Positions 41,601 to 53,600 of a DNA stretch of 64,000 bases are shown in pieces (position 1 is the stretch's first letter; every line of letters begins with the position of its first letter). Made by a program: the position numbers and the translations under genes. This DNA comes from Longimicrobiales bacterium (GTDB lineage: Bacteria; Gemmatimonadota; Gemmatimonadetes; Longimicrobiales; Gaopeijiaceae). The stretch is taken from assembly GCA_965204735.1 (NCBI GenBank), contig OZ242008.1, positions 2,752,001-2,816,000 of the forward strand, given 5' to 3'. The notes beneath the pieces are model-generated. The model was given only the letters and a program-made list of their open reading frames with translations, was not told the DNA's origin and did no database searches.

Positions 41601-44600
41601 CGCCAGCTGCGGCGTCCCCGTCACGTCCACCGCCTTGTTGAACGTCACCGTCACGGCAACGGTGTCGCCCCGCTCGAAGGTGTCGCCCACCACCGGCGAC
41701 CCGACGGCCACGCCCGTCACCCCCGGCGGACCCAGGCTGCCGTCCACCTTGTGCGCCGCAGCGTCCGTGATCGCGTTCGACCCCAGGCCCAGGCTCGCCG
41801 CCGTCGCCCCCGCTCGCACGTCGACGATCGTCCCGCCGTTCAGCGCCAGCGCGCTCGACCCGATGCTGATCCCCGTCGTGTCCGCGTCCGCCGGACGGAC
41901 CGCGTAGGCGAACACCAGCGTGTCCGCCTTGCTCGTCGCCGACTCCCAGCTCGCCTGCCGCGTCTGCGCGCCGATCGTCAGCGCCAGCTGCGGCGCGCCC
42001 GTCACCGCCACCGGGCGGCCGAACGCCACCTTCACCTCGATCTGCTCGCCCAGATGGTACGTGCTGTCGGCCGCCGGTGCGCTCGAGATCGTCACCGCGC
42101 TCACCGCCGGCGTCGTGAACGTGCCGCCCGCCACCTTGTGGCCCGAGCTGTTCGCGATCGCGTACGCGGTCAGGTCCAGCAACGCGTCCAACGCCTCGCC
42201 CGACGCCCTGATCGTTCCGCCGTTCAGCGCCAAAGCGCTCGCGCCGATGCTGAGCCCGTCCGCGTCCGCGTCGCCGCTCGCCACCACGTAGCGGAACACC
42301 AGCGTGTCCGTCCCCGTGCCGCTCGCGTAGCTCGCCTGCCGCGTCGCCGCGCCGATCGTCAGCGCCAGCTGCGGCGTGCCCGTCACGTCCACCGTTCTGT
42401 GGAACACCAGCTCGACCTCGATCGTCTCGCCCCGCTCGAAGGTGTCGCCCACCGCAGGCGCCCCAATCGCCAAGCCCCTCGCCTCCGGTACCCCTGTGGT
42501 GGGCGTCGGCGGTGGCGGCAGGCTGCCGTCCACCTTGTGCGCAGCAGCGTCCGACACCGCGTTCGATCCCAAGCCCAGGCTCGCCGCCGTCGTGCCGTCG
42601 CGAGCGTCCGCGATCGTCCCGCCGTTCAACCCCAGCGCGCTCGCGCCGATGCTGAGCCCCGTCGAGTCCGCGTCCGCCGCCACCACCTGGTACGCGAACG
42701 TCAGCGTCGCCGTGCCCGTGCCGTCGACGTACTCCGCCTGCCGCGTCAGCGTGTCGATCGCCAACGCCAGCTGCGGCGTGCCCGTCACCGTCACACGGCG
42801 GTTGAACGTCACCTCGACCGCGATCTCCTCCGTCTCCGCATACGTGCTGTCGCTCGCCGGCGTGCTCGCTATCGTCACCGCGCTCACCGACGCCGCCGTG
42901 AACGTCCCGCCCGCCACCTTGTGGCCCGTGCTGTTGCTCACCGCGTGACTGCCCAGCCCCAGCAAAGCGTCCGTCGTCCCGCCCGCCACGTCGATCGTCC
43001 CGCCGTTCAGCGCCAATGCGCTCGCGCCGATGCTCAACCCGTCCGCGTCCGTGTCGCCACTCGCCACCACGTACCGGAACACCAGCGACGCCGTGCCCGT
43101 ACCGCTCGCGTACTCCGCCTGCCGCGTCTGCGTCCCAATCCCCAGCGCCAGCCGCGGCGTGCCCGTCACGTCCACCGAGTCGGTGAACGTCACCGTCACC
43201 GCAATCGTGTCGCCCCGCTCGAACGTGTCGCCCACCACCGGCGAGGCAATCGACAACCCGCTCACGCCCGGCGGTCCCCGGGCGCCGTTCACCTTGTGCG
43301 CCGCCGCGTTCGCGATCGCATGGCTCCCCAACCCCAGCCCCGCCGCCGTCGCCCCGTCGCGTGCGTCCGCGATCGTCCCGCCGTTCAGCCCGAGCGCGCT
43401 CGGGCCGATGCTGATCCCGTCCGAATCGGAGTCCGCAGCCTGCACCGCGTAACGGAACGTCAGCGTCTTCGTGCCACTCCCGCTCGCGTACGACGCCTGC
43501 CGCGTCTGCGAACCGATCCCCAGCGCCAGCTGCGGCGTACCCGTCACCGTCACCGGCCGCGCGAACGACACCTCCACCTCGATCCGCTCCGTGCGGACGT
43601 ACGTGCTGTCGCTCCCAGGCACGCTCGCTATCGCCACGCCGCTCACCGCCGACGCCGTGAACGTCCCGCCCGCTACCTTGTGGCCCGCGCTGTTCGTCAC
43701 CGCGTGCGCGCCCAGGTCCAGCAGCGCGTCCGTCGTCGTGCCCGTCCGCCGGATCGTCCCGCCGTTCAGCGCCAAAGCGCTCGCGCCGATGCTCAACCCG
43801 TCCGCGTCCGCGTCGCCGCTCGCCACCACGTACCGGAACACCAGCGACGCCGTGCCCGTCCCCGACGCGTAGCCCGCCTGCCGCGTCGCCGATCCAATCC
43901 CCAACGCCAGCTGCGGCGTCCCCGTCACCGCCACCGCCGCGTTGAACTCCACCGTCGCAACTATCGTGTCGCCGCGCTCGAACACGTCCCCCACCACCGG
44001 CGCGCCGATCGTCAACGCGCTTACGCTCGGCGCGCCCAAGCCACCGTTCACCTTGTGCGCCGCGTCGTTGCTGAACACGCTCGCCGACGTGCCCAGCCCC
44101 GCAGCCGACCCGCCGGCCCGCGCGTCGTTGATCGCCCCGCCGTTCAGCGTCAGCGCGCTCCCGCTCAAGCTGATCCCGTCCGCGTCCACGTCCGCAGCCG
44201 CCACCGCGTAGCGGAACCGCAACTGCTTCGTGCCGCTCCCGCTCGCGTACGACGCCTGCCGCGTCGCGCTCCCGATCCCCAGCGCCAGCTGCGGCGTGCC
44301 CGTCACCACCACTGCCCGCTGGAACAACACATCCAACTCGATCCGCTCGCCCAGCTTGTACGTGCTGTCGCTCGCCGGCGCGCTTCTGACATAGACGTCT
44401 TCCACCGCCAGACCCGTGAACAGCGAGCCGTTCACCTGGTGACTCGAACTGTTCGTAATCGCGTGCGAACCCAGCCCCAGAACGGCGTCCATCGTCGTGC
44501 CCGCCGCCTGGATCGTACCGCCGTTCAGCGTCAAAGCGCTCGCACCGATGCTGATCCCGTCGATGTCCCGGTCCGACTGCACCACCACGTACCGGAAGAC

Positions 44601-47600
44601 GAGCGTGTTCGTGCCCGTGCCCGACGCATATGCCGCCTGCCGCGTCTGCGTGCCGATCCCCAGCGCCAGCTGCGGCGCGCCCGTCACGTCCACCGTCCTG
44701 CTGAACGACACACGGACATCGATCGCGTCGCCCCGCTCGTACTCCGCGTTGTACGGATCGTCGGCGAACGACACGCCGATCACCCCCGGCGTGCCCAGGC
44801 TCCCGTCCACCTTGTGCGCCGCCGCGTCGGACACCGCGTGAGCGCCCAGTCCCAGCGTCGCCGCCGTCGTGCCGTCGCGCGCGTCCGCGATCGTCCCGCC
44901 GTTCAGCGCCAAAGCGCTCGCGCCGACGCTGAGCCCAGTCGAGTCGCGGTCCGTCCCCTGCACCGTGTACCGGAACGCCAACGTCGCCGTGCCCGTGCCG
45001 CTCGCGTACGACGCCTGCCGCGTCTGCGTCCCGATCGTCAGCGCCAGCTGCGGCGTCCCCGTCACCACCACCGGCCGCGCGAACGTCACCTCCACCTCGA
45101 TCCGCTCCGTCCGCCCGTACGTGCTGTCGCTCGACGGCGTGCTCGCGATCGTCACCCCGCTCGGCGCCGGCCCCGTCAACGTCCCGCCCGCCACCTTGTG
45201 GCCCGTGCTGTTGCTCACCGCGTGACTGCCCAGCCCCAGCAAAGCGTCCGTCGTCTCGCCCGCCACGTCGATCGTCCCACCGTTCAGCGACAGCGCGCTC
45301 GCGCCGATGCTCAACCCGTCGGCGTCCGCGTCCGCCTGCACCACCACGTACCGGAACACCAGCGACGCCGTGCCCGTGCCCGAAGCGTACGACGCCTGCC
45401 GCATGACCGCGCCGATCGTCAGCGCCAGCTGCGGCGCGCCCGTCACGTCCACCGCCTTGTTGAACGTCACCGTCGCCGCAATCGTGTCGTCGCGCTCGAA
45501 GGTGTCGCCCACGACCGGGTCGCCGATCGCCACGCCCGTCACCCCCGCCGGACCCTGGCTCGCGTCCACCTTGTGCGCCGCCGCGTTCGCGATCGCGTGC
45601 GCGCCCAGCCCCAGCCCAGCCGCAATGCTGGTGCCGCCTCGCACGTCGTTGATCGTCCCACCGTTCAAGGTCAGCGCGCTTGCGTCGACGCTGATCCCGT
45701 CGGAGTCCGCGTCGCCCACCGCCACGGCATGCCGGAACGTTAGCGTCGTCGTGCCCGTCCCGGAGGCGTAGTCCGCCTGCACCGTGTCGGTCCCGATGCC
45801 CAGCGCCAGCTGTGGCGTCCCCGTCACAACCACCGGCCGCACGAACGACACCTCCACTTCGATCTGCTCGCCCAGGCCGTACGTGTCCCCGCTCGCCGGG
45901 CTGCTCGCAACCGTCACCCCGCTCGCCGACGACGGCGTGAACCTGTTGCCCGCGACCTTGTGGCCCGTGCTGTTGCTCACCGCGTGACTGCCCAGCCCCA
46001 GCAGCGCGTCCGTCGTGCCGCCCGCGATGTCGATCGTCCCGCCGTTCAGCGACAGCGCGCTCGCGCCGATGCTCAGCCCGTCGGCGTCCACATCCCCCGG
46101 CACCACCAAGTAGCGGAACACCAGCGACGCCGTGCCCGTGCCCGAAGCGTACGCCGCCTGCCGCGTCTGCGTCCCGATCCCCAGTGCCAGCTGCGGCGTC
46201 CCCGTCACGTCCACCGCCCTGTTGAACGTCACCGTCACCGCAATCGAGTCGTTGCGCTCGAAGGTGTCGCCCGTCGGCGGCGACCCCACGACCAAGTCCG
46301 CCACCGTCGGCCGGTCCAAGGTTCCGTCCACCTTGTGGCTCGCGCTGTTCGACACCGCATGGCCGCCCAGGTCGAGGAACGCGTCCGTCGTCCCGCCCGC
46401 CACGTCGATCGTCCCGCCGTTCAGCGCCAACGCGCTCGCGCCGATGCTCAACCCGACGCTGTCCGCGTCGGCCGCCACCACCGTGTAGCGGAACACCAGC
46501 GACGCCGTGCCCGTCCCGCTCGCGTACGACGCCTGCCGCGTCGCAGCGCCGATCGTCAGCGCCAGCTGCGGCGTCCCCGTCACGTCCACCGCCTTGTTGA
46601 ACGTCACCGTCGCCTCGATCACGTCGCCCAAGCCGTACGTGTCGTCCGCCACCGGCGAGTTCAACGCGAGGCCGCTCACCCCCGGCGGTCCCCGGTTGCT
46701 GTCGACCTTGCGGTTGGGGTCGTCGACGATCGCGTGCGCGCCCAACCCCAGGTTCGCATTCACCGTCGCGCTTCCGCCCAGGCGGATCGTCCCTCCGTTC
46801 AACGTCAGCGCGTTCGCCCCGATGCTGATCCCATTCGAATCCGCGTCCGGCGGCCGCACCACGTAGCTGAAGCGCAGTATGTCGCCCAGCCGGGCGAGTT
46901 CGTCGAAGCTCGCCTGGCGCGTCTCCGCGCCGATCGTCAGCGCCAGCTGCGGCGTGCCCGTCACCTCGATCACCCTGTCGAAGCCTACGCTGACGACGAC
47001 TTCGTCGCCCAGCTCGTAGGTCTGCGCCGTCGGCAAGTCGCCGAACGCCACGGTCGTCACCGACGGCTGCGTCGTCTGGGCGCCGTTCACCTTGAAGTTC
47101 GCGCCGGGAGCGAACGCCTGCGTCGTCAAGTTCGCCGCCGTCGTGCTGTCGACCGCCGACGCGATCGTGCCGCCGTTCAGCGTCAGCGCGTTCGCGTCCA
47201 TCGAGACGCCGTCGGCGTCCACGTCCGACGCCTGCACCACATAAGTGAAGGTCAGCTGGTCCGCCGAACCGGTGAAGTACTGCGCCTGCCGTGTCTGCGT
47301 CCCCACCCTCAGCGCCACCTGCGGCGCCCCCGTGACGACGACCTCCCGGTCGAAGAGCAGGAAGATGATGATGAACTGGCCCAGCTCGTACGTGTCCCCG
47401 ACTCGCCGACCGCCGATCGCCACTTCGTCCACCGACGGCGAAACGATTCGGCTTCCGTCCACCTTGTGGCTCGCGCTGTTCGAGATCGCATGCGTGCCCA
47501 GTCCCAGGAGCGCGTTCGCCGTGCCGCCCGCGATCCGGATCGCGCCGCTGTTCGCCCTGCCTCCGTTCAGGGTCAGCGCGCTCGCGCCGATGCTCAGCCC

Positions 47601-50600
47601 GTCGGAGTCCGCGTCCGACGGCTGCACCGTGTACTCGAACGTCAGCGTCTTCGTTCTGGTGCCCCTCAGGAAGCTCGCCTGCCGCGTCTGCGTCCCCAGC
47701 GTCAGCGCCAGCCCCAGACGGTGCGAGTTCGTCACCGCCACCACCCGGTCGAAGGCGACTTCAACTCTGATCTTCTCCGACCGCTTGTAGGTGGTCCCGT
47801 CCGCCGGAGTGCTCCCGATCTGCACGCCGACCACCGCCGGGGCCTTCTCCATGCTGCCGTCCACCTTGTGGCCCGCGGCGTCGGCAATCGCGTGCGCGCC
47901 CAGCCCGAGCGCGGCGGCCGTGGCTCCGTCGCGCAAGTCCACGATCGTGCCGCCGTTCAGCGTCAGCGCGCTCGCGCCGATGCTCAGCCCGTCGGAGTCT
48001 GCGTCCGACGCCGCCACGACATAGCGGAACGTCAGCGTCGCCGTGCCCGAGCCCAAGACGAAGTTGGCCTGGCGGGACTGGGCTCCGATCGTCAGCACCA
48101 GCCGCGGCGTCCTCCTCACGTTCACCGGGCGGCCGAACGTCACCTGGACCGTGATCTCCTCGCCGAGGCCGTAGGTCGATGCGCTGTCGGGGCTGCTGAC
48201 AAGCACGACGCCCGTCACCGCAGGCGCCCTCAACGCGCCGCCCGCCACCTTGTGGCCCGCGCTGTTGGTCACCGCTCGGCTGCCCAGGCCCAGCAGCGCG
48301 TTGGGCGTGCCCCCTGCGAGCCGGATCGTCCCGCCGTTCAGCCCCAGCGCGCTCGCACCGACGCTGATCCCGTCCGTGTCGGCGTCGCCCGTCGCCACCA
48401 CGTAGCGGAAGACCAGCGACGCCGTGCCCGTCCCGCCGGCGTACGCCGCCTGCCGCGCGGCCGCGCCGATCGTCAGCGCCAGCTGCGGCGCGCCCGTCAC
48501 GTCCACCGCCTTGTTGAACGTCACCGTCGCAACAATTGTGTCGCCCCGCTCGAAGGTGTCGCCCACCGGCGGCGAGCCCAAGACCAGGCCGGCGACGCCC
48601 GGCGGACCCTGGCTGGCGTCCACCTTGTGGGCGGCGGCGTTCGCGATTGCGTGCGCGCCCAGCCCCAGGGCCGCGTTGGTCGACGTCCCGCTCCGGATCG
48701 TGCCGCCGTTCAGCGACAGAGCGCTCGCGCCCACGCCGATCCCGTCCGAGTCCGAGTCGCCGGCCTCCACCGTGTAGCTGAACGTCAGCGAGTCCGCGCC
48801 GCTTCCGGCGGCGTAGGACGCCTGCCGCGTCCGGGTCCCGATCGTCAGCGCCAGCTGCGGCGTGCCCGTCACCGTGACGGCGATCTGGAAGCCCACCTGG
48901 ACCGTGATCGTCTCGCCGATCTCGTAAGTGTCCCCGCTCGCCGGAGAGCTGGCGATCGCGACGGCGTTCACCACCGGCACCGTCGTCGTCCCGTCCACCT
49001 TGTGGCCGCTCGCGTCGGCGATCGCGTGCGCGCCCAGGCCCAGCGCCGCGTTAGTCCCCGTTTGGCTCCGGATCGTGCCGCCGTTCAGCGCCAGCGCACT
49101 CGCGCCCACGCCGATCCCGTCGCTGTCCGCGTCCGCCACCGTGGTCGTGTAGGCGAACGAGAGCGTCTTGCTGCCGCTTCCGCCGGCGTAGGACGCCTGC
49201 CGCGTCTGGGCGCCGATCGTCAGCGCCAGCTGCGGCTGGCCCGTCACCGCCACCGGCGTCGTGAACGCGATCTCGACCGTGATCGCTTCGGCGGCGCCGT
49301 ACGTGTCTCCGGTTGCAGGAGCGCTGGCGATCGTCGCCCGGCTCACCGCCGGAACCGTCGCCGTGGCACCGTTGACCTTGTGGCCGCTCGCGTTGGCAAT
49401 CGCGTGCGTGCCCAGGCCGAGCGCCGCCGACGCGCCGAAGCTGCTGCCGATCGTGCCGCCGTTCAGAGCCAGCGCGCTCGCGCCGATGCCGATGCCGTCG
49501 TTGTCCGCGTCCGCCGACTGCACCACGTACTCGAAGGCGAGGGTTCGCGTCCCGCCGCCGCTTCGGTACGCCGCTTGGCGCGTCTGGGCGCCGATCGTCA
49601 GCGCCAGCTGCGGCGCGCCCGTCACGTCCACTGCGATGTCGAAGCCGACCGTCACATCGATCCGCTCGCCGGCGCCGTAGGTGTCCCCGCTCGCAGGCGA
49701 ACTGGCGACGGCGACGGCGTTCACGGACGGCGGAGTGGCCGTGGCGCCGTTCACCTTGTGGCCGCTCGCGTTGGCAATCGCGTGCGTGCCCAGGCCCAGC
49801 GCCGCGTTCGTCCCCGCTCCGCTCCGGATCGTGCCGACGTTCAAGGTCAACGCGCTCGCGCCGACGCTGATCCCGTCGGCGTCCACGTTCGTGGTCTGCA
49901 CGACGTGCTCGAAGACGAGCGTCCCGGAGCCGCTCCCCCGAACGTACTGGGCCTGGACGGTCGAGGCGCCGACCGTCAGCGCCAGCAGCGGCGTCCCCGT
50001 CACCGTCGCCGGAATCTGGAAGCCCACCTCCACCGTGATCGTCTCGCCCGCGCCGTACGTGTCCCCGCTCGCAGGCGTGCTCGCGATCGTCACCGCGTTC
50101 ACCGCCGGAACCGTCGCCGCCCCGTCCACCTTGTGGCTGCTCGCGTTCGCGATCGCGTGCGTGCCCAAACCCAGCGCCGCGTTCGTCCCCGCTCCGCTCT
50201 GGATCGTCCCGCCGTTCAACGCCAAAGCGCTCGCGCCCACGCCGATCCCGTCCGAGTCCGCGTCGGTGGCCAGAACCGTGTAGCTGAACGTCAACGTCTT
50301 CGTCCCGCTCCCGCTCGCGTACCCCGCCTGCCGCGTCTGCGAACCCACCGTCAGCGCCAGCTGCGGCGTCCCCGTCACCGTCGCCGGTATCCGGAAGCCC
50401 ACCTCCACCGTGATCGTCTCGCCCGCGCCGTACGTGTCCCCGCTCGCAGGCGTGCTCGCGATCGTCACCGCGTTCACCGTCGGCGCCGTCGCCGCCCCGT
50501 CCACCTTGTGGCTGCCCGCGTTGGCGATCGCGTTCGCGCCCAGGCCCAGCGCCGCGTTCGTCCCCGCACCGCTTTGGATCGTGCCGCCGTTCAGCGCCAA

Positions 50601-53600
50601 AGCGCTCGCGCCCACGCCGATCCCGTCCGAGTCCGCGTCCGTCGCCACTACCTCGTAGCTGAACGTCAGCGTCTTCGTCCCGCTCCCGCTCGCGTACTCC
50701 GCCTGCCGCGTCTGCGCCCCCACCGTCAGCGCCAGCCGCGGCGTCCCCGTCACCGTCGCCGGTATCCGGAAGCCCACCTCCACCGTGATCGTCTCGCCCG
50801 CGCCGTACGTGTCCCCGCTCGCAGGCGTGCTCGCGATCGTCAGCGCGTTCACCGTCGGAACCGTCGCCACGCCGTTCACCTTGTGGCCGCCCGCGTTCGC
50901 GATCGCGTTCGTGCCCAGCCCCAGCGCCGCGTTCGTCCCCGCTCCGCTTTGGATCGTGCCGCCGTTCAGCGCCAAAGCGCTCGCCCCGACGCCGATCCCG
51001 TCCGAGTCCGCGTCCGTCGCCGCCACCTCGTAGCTGAACGTCAGCGTCTTCGTCCCGCTCCCGCTCGCGTACCCCGCCTGCCGCGTCTGCGCCCCCACCG
51101 TCAGCGCCAGCTGCGGCGCCCCCGTCACCGTCGCCGGAATCTGGAAGCCCACCTCCACCGTGATCGTCTCGCCCGCGCCGTACGTGTCCCCGCTCGCAGG
51201 CGTGCTCGCGATCGTCAGCGTGTTCACCGCCGGAACCGTCGCCGCGCCGTTCACCTTGTGGCCGCTCGCGTTCGCGATCGCGTGCGCGCCCAGGCCCAGC
51301 ACCGCGTTCGTCCCCGCCCAGTTCCGGACCGTGCCGCCGTTCAGCGTCAGGGCAGCGGCGGCGACGCCGATCCCGTTCGCGTCAGCGTCCGTCGCCACCG
51401 TCACGTAGTCGAACGTCAGGACGCGGGTCCCGCTGCCGCCCGCGTAGCCGGCCTGCCGGGTCTGCGTCCCGATCGTCAGCGCCAGCTGCGGCGCCCCGGT
51501 CACCACGACCGGGATCCGGAAGCCGATCTGCACCGCGATCTTCTCGGCGGCGCCGTAGGTGTCGCCCGTCGCAGGCGTGCTCGTGACCGACGCCGCGTTC
51601 ACCGTGGGCGCCGTCGTCGTTCCCGCCACTTTGTGAGCCGCCGCGTTCGAGATCGCATGCGTTCCCAAGGTCAGCGTGGCATAGGCGCCGCTCCCGCTCC
51701 GGATCGTCCCGCCGTTCAGCGCAAGCGCGAGGTCGCCGATGCTGATGCCGTCGGCGTCCGCGTCCGCGTCCGTCACCGCGTAGCGGAACGTCAGCGTCGC
51801 CGTCCCGCTTCCGCTGGCGTAGGCCGCCTGGCGCGTCGCGCTGCCGATCGAGAGCGCCAACTGCGGCGTCCCCGTCACCGTGGCCGCGACGGTGAAGCCC
51901 ACCTGCACCGAGATCGTGTCGCCCGCCGCGTAGGTGCTGTCGTTCCCGGCGCTGCTGCTGATCGTCACCGCGTTCGGCATCGGAATCGACGCCCGGTTGT
52001 CGCTCGCTGCATCGACCTTGTGGTCGACGAGGTCCGCGGTCTTCACGCGTTCATACTCTTTGCTCGTGTCCAGGCTGTTGCCCGACGCGACGCTGCTGAT
52101 CGATCCAGCGAGGTCGGTGAACGTGCCCGGGACGGCAACGCCGTTGTCGTCTTTGTCCCCCGCTTGGACCGTGTAGCGGAACTCCAGCTCCGTCGTGCCC
52201 GTGCCCGAAGCGTACGACGCCTGCCGCGTCGGCGTCCCGATCTCAAGCCCCAGCTGCGGCGTCCCCGTCACCGCCACCCGCTCGTTGAAGACCACCCGCA
52301 ACCTGATCGTCTCGCCGATCCCGTACGTGTCTCCAACCCCTGGACGGCTGACGATCGAGCCTCCCGTCACTTCCGGAGCGCCGCCTCCTTGCCGACCGTC
52401 CACCGTGTGGCCCGACGCCGCCGTGATCGCGTGGCTGCCGAGTCCCAAGGCCGCGCTGGCGCCCGCCCTGCTCCGGATCGCACCGCCGTTCAGCGTCAGC
52501 GCGCTCGCGCCGACCCCGATCCCGTCCCCGTCCAGGTCCGACTGGCCAACCGTGTAGCGGAACGCCAGCGTCGCCGTGCCCGATCCGCCCGCGTAGGCCG
52601 CCTGTCTCGTCGCCGCGCCGATCGTCAACGCCAGCCGGGGCGCGCCCGTCACCCTTACAGGCAGGCTGAAGCCGACCTGCACCTCGATCGTCTCGCCTCG
52701 TCCGTACAAGCCGACGTTCCACACTTGAAACAGCGGCGTGCTCGCGACCCTCACGGCCGTCACCGTCGGCGCGGTCGCCCTGCCGTCCACCTTGTGGCCC
52801 GCGGCGTTCGCGATCGCGTGCGCGCCCAGCCCCAGCAACGCGTCCGTCCCCCTGCCGCTCCGGATCGTCCCGCCGTTCAGCGCCAGCGCGCTCGCGGCGA
52901 CCCCGATCCCGTCCGTGTCCGTGTCCGTCGCCACCGTCGTGTAGCTGAACGCCAGCGTGTCCGTCCCGCTTCCGCCGGCGAGGGCGGCCTGCCGCGTCTC
53001 GGGCCCCACCGTCAGCGCCAGCTGGGGCGCGCCCGTCACCACGACCGGAACCTGGAACACGATGTGCACGGTGATCGTCTCGCCTGCGCCGTAGGCGTCT
53101 CCGCTCGCCGGGCTGCTCGCGACCGAGACTCCGGTCACCGTCGGGACCGCCGGGGTCCCGATCACCTTGTGGCCGGAGGCGTTGGCGATCGCGTTCGCGC
53201 CCAGGCCCAAGCTCGCCGCCGTGGCGCTGCTCCGGACGTCGTTGATCGTTCCCCCGTTCAGCGTCAACGCGCTCGCGCCGATGCTGATTCCGGTGGAGTC
53301 GGCGTCTGCGGCCACCACCGCGTAGCCGAACGTCAGCGTGGTCGTGCCCGTGCCCGAGGCGTAGGCCGCCTGGCGCGTCTGCGTCCCGATCGTCAGCGCC
53401 AGCTGCGGCGCGCCCGAGACGCTCACCGGCCTGCTGAACGCGACCTCGACCTCGATCCGCTCGGCCAAGGCGTAGGTGTCGCCGACGCCGGGACTGCTCG
53501 AGATCGTCACCCCGCTCACCGCCGGCGTCGTAAACGTCCCGCCCGCGACCTTGTGGCCCGAACTGTTCGCTACCGCGCGCGAGCCCAGCCCCAGCAGCGC

